DNA from: an uncultured Candidatus Saccharibacteria bacterium
GTDB lineage: Bacteria > Patescibacteriota > Minisyncoccia > Phycocordibacterales > SBAW01
Direction of reading: 5' to 3'
Assembly (NCBI GenBank): GCA_964566795.1
Contig: CAZMIU010000001.1
Location: forward strand, 79,388-143,387
DNA length: 64,000 bases
The translations under genes were made by a program, and so were the position numbers. Below the pieces are notes generated by a model, which was given only the letters and a program-made list of their open reading frames with translations, did no database searches and was not told the DNA's origin. Shown here one piece after another: positions 18,008 to 25,784 of the stretch. Positions within the stretch are counted from its first letter, which is position 1. Each line of letters begins with the position of its first letter.

Positions 18008-18544
18008 TTAGCGCCGGGCGGGGTTGAGTGCCTGATGTTTGGGCAAGGCACAGTAGTTGGAGCCTTGCATCCGCTCGTATCCGCAGCGGCGTCCGTCCTC
18101 GTCGTGTGCGTGGCACTGCGTTGCCTCACTCGCAGCCAACTTGTACTTCTGGGGGTCGTGCAGCTCAGTTGCGGGCTTGAGTGTGCCCACAAGCACGGGC
18201 ATTGTGTATACAACAGGGGGTGGGAGCTCTTCCGCGACGGGCTCGGGTTGGGGCTCGGGTGGCACAGATGGTGGTGCCGCGGCCTTGGGCTTTGCCGGCT
18301 TTGGTGCCTGCTTTTTTTGGGGCGCCGCGCTTTGCTTGGTTTTGTTCTCCTTTGGTTTTTTTGCCTTGCCAGGGCTCCTTGTCGAGGGGATCTTCTTCCT
18401 ATGGCGCAGCCCCGCAATGGCGTTTGGAGTTGTGCCAAGCTCCTCGGCAACGCTCTTGTTGGTGCCGCCTGCGAGCATAAGCTCTCTGACAGCTGCTTCC
18501 TGCTCCTTAGGAGACATGTCGTCGTAGAGTTTCTTTTTTACCAT
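18008..18544 (-). CDS. DNA-binding protein: sigma-70 region-4/LuxR-like HTH, Lys/Pro-rich linker, C-terminal Cys/His cluster
   Basis: SPKEQEAAVRELMLAGGTNKSVAEELG HTH; CHAHDEDGRRCGY..YCALPKH. Confidence 0.5.
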   Translation of the reverse strand: MVKKKLYDDMSPKEQEAAVRELMLAGGTNKSVAEELGTTPNAIAGLRHRKKIPSTRSPGKAKKPKENKTKQSAAPQKKQAPKPAKPKAAAPPSVPPEPQPEPVAEELPPPVVYTMPVLVGTLKPATELHDPQKYKLAASEATQCHAHDEDGRRCGYERMQGSNYCALPKHQALNPARR

Positions 18545-18691
18545 TGTCTGTTCCTAGTAAGAGGGGAGGAACACAGTACGCAACACCGCAACGGTACGTA
18601 TGTCTGCCCGCACAATACAACTAAAATATGATTGTATCAAGCATCGGCTGGAGGAGTCGTCTGGCTCGCATGCCAAGGGTATACTTAGGCC

Positions 18692-19171
18692 ATGAGTATC
18701 TCATCTGTGGGCGATGGGCATATCTTTGTCGAGGTTAAGGATCTTAAGGCGTTTTTTGATAAGGCAAAAAACTCAGACGGCAAGACAATCGGGCGCGGGC
18801 AGTTTGATTTCGTACTCCACATCACGGCGCTCCAGGGCGCAGTGTATATCCCGACCAGCATTGCCTCGGGCAAAAAGCCCACCGGCTTTGTCTACCAGAT
18901 AGAGGGCACCGCACAGGGGAGCATCTCGAGCGCGAGCGTGTCGGCCAAGGGCGAGGGCGTGTCGCAAGTCACGTTAGGCACCCTGGTGTATACCAAGATC
19001 CCGCAGGGCAAGACCGCCGCATGCAAAGCAATCGTGATGATAGAGGGGAGCGTTAACAAGGAGTACGGCGTGGTCATTAACCGCATCAACTACAAGCTCG
19101 ACCCGAGTGACGCCCGGTACAAAAAGTTTGATGTAGACCTCGCCTCCCGCGCCCTTGAGTTTAAGTACTAA
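18692..19171 (+). CDS. hypothetical protein (159 aa, beta-rich)
   Basis: clean ORF followed by strong terminator. Confidence 0.5.
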   Translation: MSISSVGDGHIFVEVKDLKAFFDKAKNSDGKTIGRGQFDFVLHITALQGAVYIPTSIASGKKPTGFVYQIEGTAQGSISSASVSAKGEGVSQVTLGTLVYTKIPQGKTAACKAIVMIEGSVNKEYGVVINRINYKLDPSDARYKKFDVDLASRALEFKY

Positions 19172-19173
19172 AA

Positions 19174-19210
19174 GAAAAGGCCGGAGCATGCTCCGGCCTT
19201 TTCTTTTCTG
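19174..19210. terminator. bidirectional terminator (gene at 18692 and tRNA-Asn)
   Basis: GGCCGGAGC-atg-CTCCGGCC flanked by AAAGAAAA / TTTTCTTTTCT. Confidence 0.7.
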
Positions 19211-19474
19211 CTCCTCGGGTAGGACTCGAACCTACAACCAACTCCTTACACGTATCCTCTAGTTACTTAGAGGCGTGGACTATATCACCATCCGCTTGGG
19301 ATGCTCCGGTATCTAGTCTCTACGGCGCCCCCAACCTCGTGTTGGGGTTCCCTCGGTGTTGCCCTTCTTATAAAAAGAATCGGGGTTCACCGATATCCCG
19401 GAGTTATTCGGTGCGCCTCGCGGCGCAAAGCTGCCAGTCGACAGGGAGCTGCTCTACCATTGAGCTACCGAGGA
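19211..19474 (-). tRNA. tRNA-Asn(GUU) interrupted by a group I intron between anticodon-loop positions 35/36
   Basis: exon1 TCCTCGGTAGCTCAATGGTAGAGCAGCTCCCTGT (19441-19474), exon2 TAAGGAGTTGGTTGTAGGTTCGAGTCCTACCCGAGGAG (19211-19248); splice-out gives canonical cloverleaf, loop CUGUUAA, discriminator G like E. coli tRNA-Asn. Confidence 0.7.
19249..19440 (-). mobile_element. group I self-splicing intron (192 nt, IC3-like, ORF-less)
   Basis: contains GTAGAGACTAGA (R/P7 element, identical to Azoarcus tRNA-Ile intron) and GATATAGTCC (S element); 5' splice site after U with CUGU/GCAG P1 U.G wobble; ends in G. Confidence 0.65.
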
Positions 19475-19498
19475 ATATGTCGAACATCGAACATTGAG

Positions 19499-19526
19499 AT
19501 TATACATAATTTTTGAGATTGAACAA
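19499..19526 (-). promoter_or_regulatory. sigma70-like promoter for tRNA-Asn
   Basis: minus strand TTGTTC-16nt-TATAAT about 25 nt upstream of tRNA 5' end. Confidence 0.5.
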
Positions 19527-19546
19527 ACTTAACACCTGGTGTTATA

Positions 19547-19897
19547 TTGCCTTTGATGATAAAAGACTGCCGGTTACATGGGTCTGTAAAACACTTTCCA
19601 CGCCCGGACGGTGCATACCGTTGCGGCAAATGTGCGTCCGCGTGGGTGATAAAAAACAGACAAAAAAAGAAAGAGCGGCTGGTGCAGGAATTTGGCGGTC
19701 AATGCACTGTGTGCGGGTATAAAAAGTATGCAGGCGCACTCGACTTTCATCACACAAATCCAAAAAACAAGTCTTTTGCCCTGAGCGTCAAAGGCCTGTC
19801 GTATTCATGGGAGAGCCTGCTTAAGGAGGCTAAGAAATGTGTGTTGGTCTGCAAAAACTGCCATACAGAGATTGAGGCAGGGTTGCAATCTCTCTAG
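19547..19897 (+). CDS. HNH endonuclease (free-standing)
   Basis: CTVCGYKK..LDFHHTNPKNKSF..CVLVCKNCH HNH/zinc-finger signature. Confidence 0.8.
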   Translation: MPLMIKDCRLHGSVKHFPRPDGAYRCGKCASAWVIKNRQKKKERLVQEFGGQCTVCGYKKYAGALDFHHTNPKNKSFALSVKGLSYSWESLLKEAKKCVLVCKNCHTEIEAGLQSL

Positions 19898-20136
19898 TAG
19901 CGTTTCTGCAGAATTTCGTTAAAGCGGTCGGCTAACACGTCAAAGCCGGGTATGACACCCAATATAGACAAGAGCCAGCCAATGAGCACCACGCCCACGA
20001 TGGTGCCCAAGACAATCCCCACACCATAGAGCATGCCGTTTAAGAGGCTCTTGGTCGGCCGGTGCTCGGTATTTTCTTTAATCTCGTCGAGCAGGTGCTC
20101 TACCTTCTGTGCTTCCTGTTGTACCTGCGGGTCCAT
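19894..20136 (-). CDS. small membrane protein, hypothetical (co-transcribed with SET gene)
   Basis: start codon directly follows SET stop; helical N-term, one TM. Confidence 0.45.
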   Translation of the reverse strand: MDPQVQQEAQKVEHLLDEIKENTEHRPTKSLLNGMLYGVGIVLGTIVGVVLIGWLLSILGVIPGFDVLADRFNEILQKRY

Positions 20137-20583
20137 TTACTTAGTATACAGCCCGGGTGAGTGTTTGATGCAGCGGCAGCCTTTGGGCTTTATGTAGGCC
20201 TCCCAATAGTCTTTGTCATAGTCGTAGCCGATCTCCTCGCCGGCCCTGATCTTACGCTTAGCCATGACAAACACGCGGTGTTTGTAGATATCAATCTCGG
20301 CGTTGGGGCGGCACGAGTGGTTAATGTAGCGGGCGGTGTTCCAGCGCGGGGCGCCGTCTATGGTGACCCCGCCTCCGGCGTCAAAGAGGTAGAGGCTGTT
20401 TGAGTCCTCCTCTTCCTGCTTGCTCAGTATCTTGCCCCGGTACTCGATAATGCAGGCGCCCTTCTTGATGTCCTCCAAGGCAAAGAGCCCTAGCCCCGCC
20501 ACGGAGCGCTTTACCTTTAAATTAAAATTGCCTGGCGTGTATTTTTTGGGCCAGGCAGCCTTCACAACCTTGTTTTTCTTCAT
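20137..20583 (-). CDS. SET-domain protein (putative protein lysine methyltransferase)
   Basis: NHSCRPN, EEIGYDYD, post-SET CRC; AGGAA RBS before ATG 20583. Confidence 0.75.
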   Translation of the reverse strand: MKKNKVVKAAWPKKYTPGNFNLKVKRSVAGLGLFALEDIKKGACIIEYRGKILSKQEEEDSNSLYLFDAGGGVTIDGAPRWNTARYINHSCRPNAEIDIYKHRVFVMAKRKIRAGEEIGYDYDKDYWEAYIKPKGCRCIKHSPGLYTK

Positions 20584-20665
20584 ATTGGATATTCCTTTGT
20601 AGCATACGATAAGGCCGGGGTACAATGGGGACAGCGGGCGATTAGCAGGTAATCTAGCGTACGGG

Positions 20666-21028
20666 ATGAATTACAACATCAAGGGCACCGGTATCGAGGT
20701 TACTGATGAGCTTAGGGGCTACGTGGAGCGCCAGCTGGCGCACGCCGACAAATTTTTATCTCCTGACCCCACAGCCCATGTTGATGTAGAGCTGCAGTAT
20801 TTAGAGGACGGCCGCTCGGGCAAGTATCGCGCCGAGTTTACGGCCTCGGCCTCCGGAGAGGTCTACCGCGCGGAGCGCTGGGGCCAGACCATGCACGAGG
20901 CCATAGACGTGGCCGGGGCCGAGCTTGCCCAGGAGCTTTCCCGGGATAAAAAGAAAAAGCAGTCGGTATTGCGCCGCACCTCGGTGAGGGTGAAGGAATA
21001 CCTGCGCGGTTGGCGAAGCGACATCTAA
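20666..21028 (+). CDS. hpf: ribosome hibernation promoting factor / RaiA (short form)
   Basis: MNYNIKGTGIEVTDELRGYVERQL.. matches HPF/YfiA family. Confidence 0.8.
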   Translation: MNYNIKGTGIEVTDELRGYVERQLAHADKFLSPDPTAHVDVELQYLEDGRSGKYRAEFTASASGEVYRAERWGQTMHEAIDVAGAELAQELSRDKKKKQSVLRRTSVRVKEYLRGWRSDI

Positions 21029-21071
21029 TTTGCTAGGGTAGGCTTAGTTTGAACCACAAAAGGAGGGCGCT

Positions 21072-21545
21072 ATGCCCCAGATTGATACGACTGCGTCCGC
21101 AACAGAGCATAATCGCAGGTTCTATTCTGAGGAAGCTTGCAGGATGTGTGAGCGGGCGAGCAGGCTCGTTTCTGTACTCAACCACAATGAACCCCACGGC
21201 TCCTCGCCTTGGCTCGCGACCTTGGCCGAGCTTAAGGCGCTGGTGCCACCTGGCGTCTACGAACTCCACAAGAGCACCTCAGCAGACCTCAAGCTCTACA
21301 CCGTGCTCGGTGTGGGCGACCACACAGAGAAGAGGGGCGAGTTTCTTGTTGCCTGCATCGCGCACTATGCACCGCACAAGGGCAACTTGTGCTACCGACC
21401 TCTTTTGGGCGAGGGTGGGTTCTTGACTCCGGTTCGCAGGATGACCCACGACGACCCTGCGGTTGAGTACTATGTGCCGCGATTCAAGTTCGTCACCCAG
21501 TTGCCACTGAGTTTTGAGCACTTTGTTGAGCTCTCAACCGGCTAA
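21072..21545 (+). CDS. hypothetical protein (157 aa)
   Basis: clean ORF; no recognizable motif. Confidence 0.45.
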   Translation: MPQIDTTASATEHNRRFYSEEACRMCERASRLVSVLNHNEPHGSSPWLATLAELKALVPPGVYELHKSTSADLKLYTVLGVGDHTEKRGEFLVACIAHYAPHKGNLCYRPLLGEGGFLTPVRRMTHDDPAVEYYVPRFKFVTQLPLSFEHFVELSTG

Positions 21546-21551
21546 CACCAA

Positions 21552-22325
21552 CTACCTTTGCCCTCGCTGATAATCAGCGTAGGGCATTTCTTTTTTCCCT
21601 TCGGGTAATACCTTTTCAATCACAAGTTCGCCATTACTCCAGCTGGCTTCGGTTACAATCACACGCTTGCCTTTGTCTGTAATAAAGTACGCGCGCGGGT
21701 TTTTATCGAATGCCCTGATTTTAAGGAATGCTTCGCGCGGCTTGGTAAGGTCTATAAGCGCGTCAGCGTCGTGATACTTTTTTGTAAACGTAGCCTCGCT
21801 CTCGTTTTGGTACTGCGGCGTGAGCGTGCCCTTCATAAGCGCGGGTAATATCTCCACCAAAAGGTTTACACCCTCCACAAAGAGCATCTCGCTCAAGAGG
21901 AGGCCTTTGGGTGGCCAATCACTCTCGTCTATCTCGATGCGTGCCTGGGCGAGTATGGGCCCGGCGTCCATGGTCTCGGTCATCTGCATCACGGTCACGC
22001 CTGTGGTGCGCTCGTCGGCCAGTATTGCGGATACATACGGAGAAGGGCCCCTAAACTTGGGCAAAAGGGACGGGTGGACGTTAATGCAGCCAAACTTTGG
22101 CAAATCTAAAATTGCTTTAGGCACAATTTTGCCAAACGAGCACACCAAGATAAAGTCCCACTCGCTATTTGTCAGCTCGTCCGGGAATTCTTTGGTGTCT
22201 ACCACAAGTGCGGGCTCGAGTCCGGCCTTCTTCAGGGCCCCCAAGGCAAAGTGAGAGTCAATGGAGGTGCCCAAAAAGGCAAACTTAACGTTACTTAGAC
22301 TCATGCAGGTCGCGCGCCTTATCAA
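21552..22325 (-). CDS. fmt: methionyl-tRNA formyltransferase (short, C-terminal domain reduced)
   Basis: NVHPSLLPKFRG formyltransferase motif; follows def. Confidence 0.8.
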   Translation of the reverse strand: MIRRATCMSLSNVKFAFLGTSIDSHFALGALKKAGLEPALVVDTKEFPDELTNSEWDFILVCSFGKIVPKAILDLPKFGCINVHPSLLPKFRGPSPYVSAILADERTTGVTVMQMTETMDAGPILAQARIEIDESDWPPKGLLLSEMLFVEGVNLLVEILPALMKGTLTPQYQNESEATFTKKYHDADALIDLTKPREAFLKIRAFDKNPRAYFITDKGKRVIVTEASWSNGELVIEKVLPEGKKEMPYADYQRGQR

Positions 22326-22821
22326 TAAAGAGTATGCCGTTTAGGTGGTCTACCTCGTGCTGGAAAATGTGTCCCAAAAGCCCGGTGGCGTTCTCCATCT
22401 GCGGCTTGCCGTGCTCGTCTGTGTACTTAAGGGTCACGCGCTCGTGGCGCTTGACCGTGCCATATATCGAGCGCACCGAGAGGCAGCCTTCCGACTCGTC
22501 CTTTTTGGTGCGCGAGGCGCGCGTAATCTCAGGGTTGATGTAGACCCGGTTGGGGTGTACCTCGTGCCGCTGTGTCTCCTCCTCGCCCTCCTCCATATAC
22601 ACACGGCCGGCTACGACAAACAGCCGCAGCGATGAGCCCACCTGCGGGGCCGCAATAGCCACGCCATACTTCTCGGGCGCCAAGGCCTTGTGCATCTTTT
22701 GTATGAGTTTGTTGAGGGCGGGGGAGCCGATGTCCTTTTTGGGCACGGGTTTTGCAATAGCGCGCAACACCGGGTCTCCCTCCTGCACTATTGGGTCTTT
22801 CACAAAATTACTATGCCACAT
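22291..22821 (-). CDS. def: peptide deformylase
   Basis: GVAIAAPQVG, EGCLS, HEVDHLNG motifs. Confidence 0.9.
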   Translation of the reverse strand: MWHSNFVKDPIVQEGDPVLRAIAKPVPKKDIGSPALNKLIQKMHKALAPEKYGVAIAAPQVGSSLRLFVVAGRVYMEEGEEETQRHEVHPNRVYINPEITRASRTKKDESEGCLSVRSIYGTVKRHERVTLKYTDEHGKPQMENATGLLGHIFQHEVDHLNGILFIDKARDLHESK

Positions 22822-22837
22822 TTGCTATAGTTAATCT

Positions 22838-23170
22838 ATGCATCATATTGGCAAGCACATAAGTGGCGCGGTCCGCCCCAACAAAGAAAAGGTTACCGAG
22901 CGCGGCGAGCTGATGCGTTATTTTATGCACAAGCTGAACGTCTCGCGCGTGCGCGACGGTATGCCGCCACTCACTATGGGTCGCATGGGGCGCGTGTTGG
23001 TGGCGATACCCACCAAAGATCTCTATTACTTAAAGAGTGTCTGCGACGACTCGGACAAGCGTAACGGCATAGATGCGTTTTCTAAAAAGTTTTGGTGGGA
23101 GGTCAAGCCCCGCAAAGAAGAGGACGAGAAGAGGATCAGGGCCCAATCGAAGTCGAAGTTCAAGAAATAA
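22838..23170 (+). CDS. hypothetical basic protein
   Basis: ORF with Lys-rich C-terminus; terminator-like hairpin 23175-23198. Confidence 0.4.
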   Translation: MHHIGKHISGAVRPNKEKVTERGELMRYFMHKLNVSRVRDGMPPLTMGRMGRVLVAIPTKDLYYLKSVCDDSDKRNGIDAFSKKFWWEVKPRKEEDEKRIRAQSKSKFKK

Positions 23171-23222
23171 AAGTGGGGATGGCGCGTACGCCATCCCCGT
23201 TGTTGCACGCTAGAAAGGAGTT

Positions 23223-23254
23223 CTAATGCTACCCCATCCCAAAGGTAGCATTAG
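23223..23254 (+). promoter_or_regulatory. perfect 11-bp-stem hairpin in mreB 5' UTR
   Basis: CTAATGCTACC-ccatcccaaa-GGTAGCATTAG right after an AAAGGAG element. Confidence 0.35.
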
Positions 23255-23283
23255 TAAGCGTATCAAAGTATTATTCTTCTGCA

Positions 23284-24297
23284 ATGTCGCTATTCTCTCC
23301 CAAGCTCGGCATAGACCTCGGCACCTCAAACACGCTCGTGTTTGTGCCCGGTGTGGGTGTGGTGGTCAACGAGCCCTCGGTGGTCGCCATTAGCGAGGTA
23401 GACAAGCGCATTTTGGCCGTGGGGGCAGGGGCTAAGGAGATGATAGGCCGCACCCCCGGCGAGATTGTAGCCTACCGCCCCATGCGCGACGGCGTTATCG
23501 CCGATTACCGCGTGACTCAGGCCATGCTCAAGTATTTTATAGGCAAGGCAACTAGCCGCTGGTCTTTGTTTAAGCCCGATGTAATGGTTAGTGTGCCGAC
23601 CGGTGTCACCTCCACCGAGCGCCGCGCGGTGGTCGAGGCCGCGATACGCGCAGGTGCCAAGAGCGCCTACGTGGTTAAGGAGTCTGTGCTCGCGGCCATT
23701 GGCGCCGGCATTCCCATCCAGGAGCCGCGCGGGCACATGGTCGTTGACTTGGGCGCCGGCACCGCAGACGTTGCCGTGATATCACTCGGCGGCATTGTGG
23801 CCTCGACCTCTATCAAGGTATCGGGCGACAAACTGGACCACGCCATTGCCGACTATATAAAGAAGACTTTTAACTTAGCGATTGGCGACAAGACCGCCGA
23901 GGAGGTAAAGATTGCGATAGGCTCTGCGGTGCCCATAGAGGAGGAGCTAGTGGCGCATGTGCGCGGCCGCGATTTTATTACCGGCTTGCCGCGCCAGGCC
24001 GAGATTAAGACCAACGACATTGTTAAGGCGATGGGCAAGGAGCTTAGAGAGATTATCAAAGCCATCCGCGACGTGCTGCAGGAGACCCCGCCCGAACTTG
24101 CCTCAGACATTATAGACTCCGGCATTACGCTCACCGGTGGCACCGCTTTGCTCAGGAATTTCCCCGAGCTTATCTTGCGCCGCACCGGTGTTAAGGCGCA
24201 GGTCGCCGATGATGCCCTGTACTGCGTGGCCAAAGGCACAGGCATAGCGCTCTCGCACCTCGATACGTATAAGAAAGCAGTGATAGCTAAGCGATAG
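23284..24297 (+). CDS. mreB: actin-like rod-shape protein MreB (copy 1)
   Basis: LGIDLGTSNTLVFV.. phosphate-1 motif and full MreB length. Confidence 0.85.
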   Translation: MSLFSPKLGIDLGTSNTLVFVPGVGVVVNEPSVVAISEVDKRILAVGAGAKEMIGRTPGEIVAYRPMRDGVIADYRVTQAMLKYFIGKATSRWSLFKPDVMVSVPTGVTSTERRAVVEAAIRAGAKSAYVVKESVLAAIGAGIPIQEPRGHMVVDLGAGTADVAVISLGGIVASTSIKVSGDKLDHAIADYIKKTFNLAIGDKTAEEVKIAIGSAVPIEEELVAHVRGRDFITGLPRQAEIKTNDIVKAMGKELREIIKAIRDVLQETPPELASDIIDSGITLTGGTALLRNFPELILRRTGVKAQVADDALYCVAKGTGIALSHLDTYKKAVIAKR

Positions 24298-24832
24298 CGA
24301 TAGCAACCGCAAGCACAAGCGCAACTAAGCCAGCCCCAATTTCAGAGACCGAACGCACGGTGGGGCGCAGCCAATACTGTGAAATCCACTCGTCGTGGGT
24401 GAGCGCCTCTGTGCGGGGCTCTTCTGTGCCAAACACCGAGACAAACCGCGTATCAAACGGCCACAGCCACGCAATGCCGCCAGGGCTTAGGGGTGGGGTG
24501 TCGTGCACAAAGTGCCAGGCCACGCACAAAAACGCCACAAGCGCCCATGCACTGCCTCCAAGTGCGTATGCCACGAGTGCCGCAAGCAGTATCAAAAACA
24601 GCGGGCGGTGCATGAGTGTCGTGTGGTGGCTTTCTATCCCTTTTTGGTCGGTGAGTATTGGGACAATAATGTCGAAGTCAGGAAGTACCGCGAGGATGGC
24701 ACCGAGCGCCAGGTGCCAGGGCAGGGGCTCGACCCCGAGCGCGCTGAGCGTGGCGGAGGCTATAAGCGCGCCCATACAGAGGTCTAAAAAGCCCGCCAAA
24801 AAGTCTCCAGCCAATATAAGCGCTCTTTGCAT
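24287..24832 (-). CDS. membrane-bound metal-dependent hydrolase (YdjM/DUF457-like)
   Basis: multi-TM with HxxxD / His clusters typical of YdjM family. Confidence 0.55.
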   Translation of the reverse strand: MQRALILAGDFLAGFLDLCMGALIASATLSALGVEPLPWHLALGAILAVLPDFDIIVPILTDQKGIESHHTTLMHRPLFLILLAALVAYALGGSAWALVAFLCVAWHFVHDTPPLSPGGIAWLWPFDTRFVSVFGTEEPRTEALTHDEWISQYWLRPTVRSVSEIGAGLVALVLAVAIAIA

Positions 24833-24852
24833 CGCTCCTTTATACTACAGAT

Positions 24853-25455
24853 ATGCCGCATCACGCCTACTATATAGAAGGGCCGCTGAGCGTCTTTGCT
24901 GCGTATAAAGAGGCTCTGAGCCCTTACTATGCGCGGGAGTACGAGCGCTTTGGTATTGATGAGGCACGCGAGCTGCAGGCGCTTGCTTCGCTCAAGAACT
25001 ACACAGACGGTGTGTTTTTGCTCGCAGCTGCATCACTTACAAGTGAGGCGCAGCAGGCGCTACTGAAGCTTTTCGAAGAGCCACAAGAGGGGACTGTTTT
25101 TATTGTCATGGTATCGCATGGTGTGTTGTTGCCCACAGTAAAGTCCCGGATGCTTGAATATCCTGAACCTATTGAGCTAGATACAGACAGTACGAGTGCC
25201 AAAAAGTTTCTCAAACTCTCGGGCAAGGATCGCTCAGATTTTATAACCAAACTCCTAAAGGATGACGAGAACCAGAAAGAGCGCGTGAGAGATTTTATAC
25301 AGGCGCTTGAGGCAGAGCTGTACAAAAAGATACCCGAGCCTGCGGTACGCCAGGCTCTGGAGGACATTGCCATGGTGCGCGACTATGTGCGTGACCGCAG
25401 CCCCTCGCTGAAGATGCTCCTGGAGCACCTGGCACTCGCATTGCCAACTGGCTAG
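24853..25455 (+). CDS. holB: DNA polymerase III delta-prime-like subunit (truncated, no Walker A)
   Basis: ALLKLFEEPQEGTVFIV..LPTVKSR box. Confidence 0.7.
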   Translation: MPHHAYYIEGPLSVFAAYKEALSPYYAREYERFGIDEARELQALASLKNYTDGVFLLAAASLTSEAQQALLKLFEEPQEGTVFIVMVSHGVLLPTVKSRMLEYPEPIELDTDSTSAKKFLKLSGKDRSDFITKLLKDDENQKERVRDFIQALEAELYKKIPEPAVRQALEDIAMVRDYVRDRSPSLKMLLEHLALALPTG

Positions 25456-25489
25456 GCCGTGCTATAGTCCCGCTTAGAGGAGGTGTGTC

Positions 25490-25729
25490 ATGAGAAAGAA
25501 GAGGCAGTTAACCTTGTCCGAGCAGCTCGTCTACGAGGAAGTCTTAAGGCATCCGACCGCAACCATCGACATGGTCCACCAGGCGGTGCAGGCCCGCGCA
25601 GGGCACCCCTACGCACGCGGTCTCGTAGTCGAGATACTCAAGAGGCTAAATGAGATGGGCAGGGTCAAGCGCCGACCCCAGCAGCGCATCGAGGGCAGGC
25701 AACTTAGCGTCTACAGCGCTGTTGCCTGA
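25490..25729 (+). CDS. small winged-helix DNA-binding protein, hypothetical
   Basis: 79 aa, HTH-like LSEQLVYEEVLRHPTATIDMV. Confidence 0.4.
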   Translation: MRKKRQLTLSEQLVYEEVLRHPTATIDMVHQAVQARAGHPYARGLVVEILKRLNEMGRVKRRPQQRIEGRQLSVYSAVA

Positions 25730-25784
25730 TATCAACTGGTCCGGCTCCCTTTGGGGCCGGACTGTTTGTTTGTATCATTCCTGC

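Noticed and set aside
17617-18450. 277-aa minus-strand track ORF
   Set aside because: It is a chimeric frame spanning two real genes (17617-17943 with an AGGAGG RBS, and 18008-18544 in a different frame). Its translation is Arg/Pro/Ser low-complexity.
19211-19474. Alternative reading of the split tRNA as tRNA-Thr(UGU), with splice site after U33
   Set aside because: That reading also satisfies U/G splice rules. But the discriminator G, the TCCTC acceptor and the CUGUUAA loop match tRNA-Asn, and the CUGU/GCAG P1 pairing is better for the Asn solution. Asn is therefore preferred, though not excluded with certainty.
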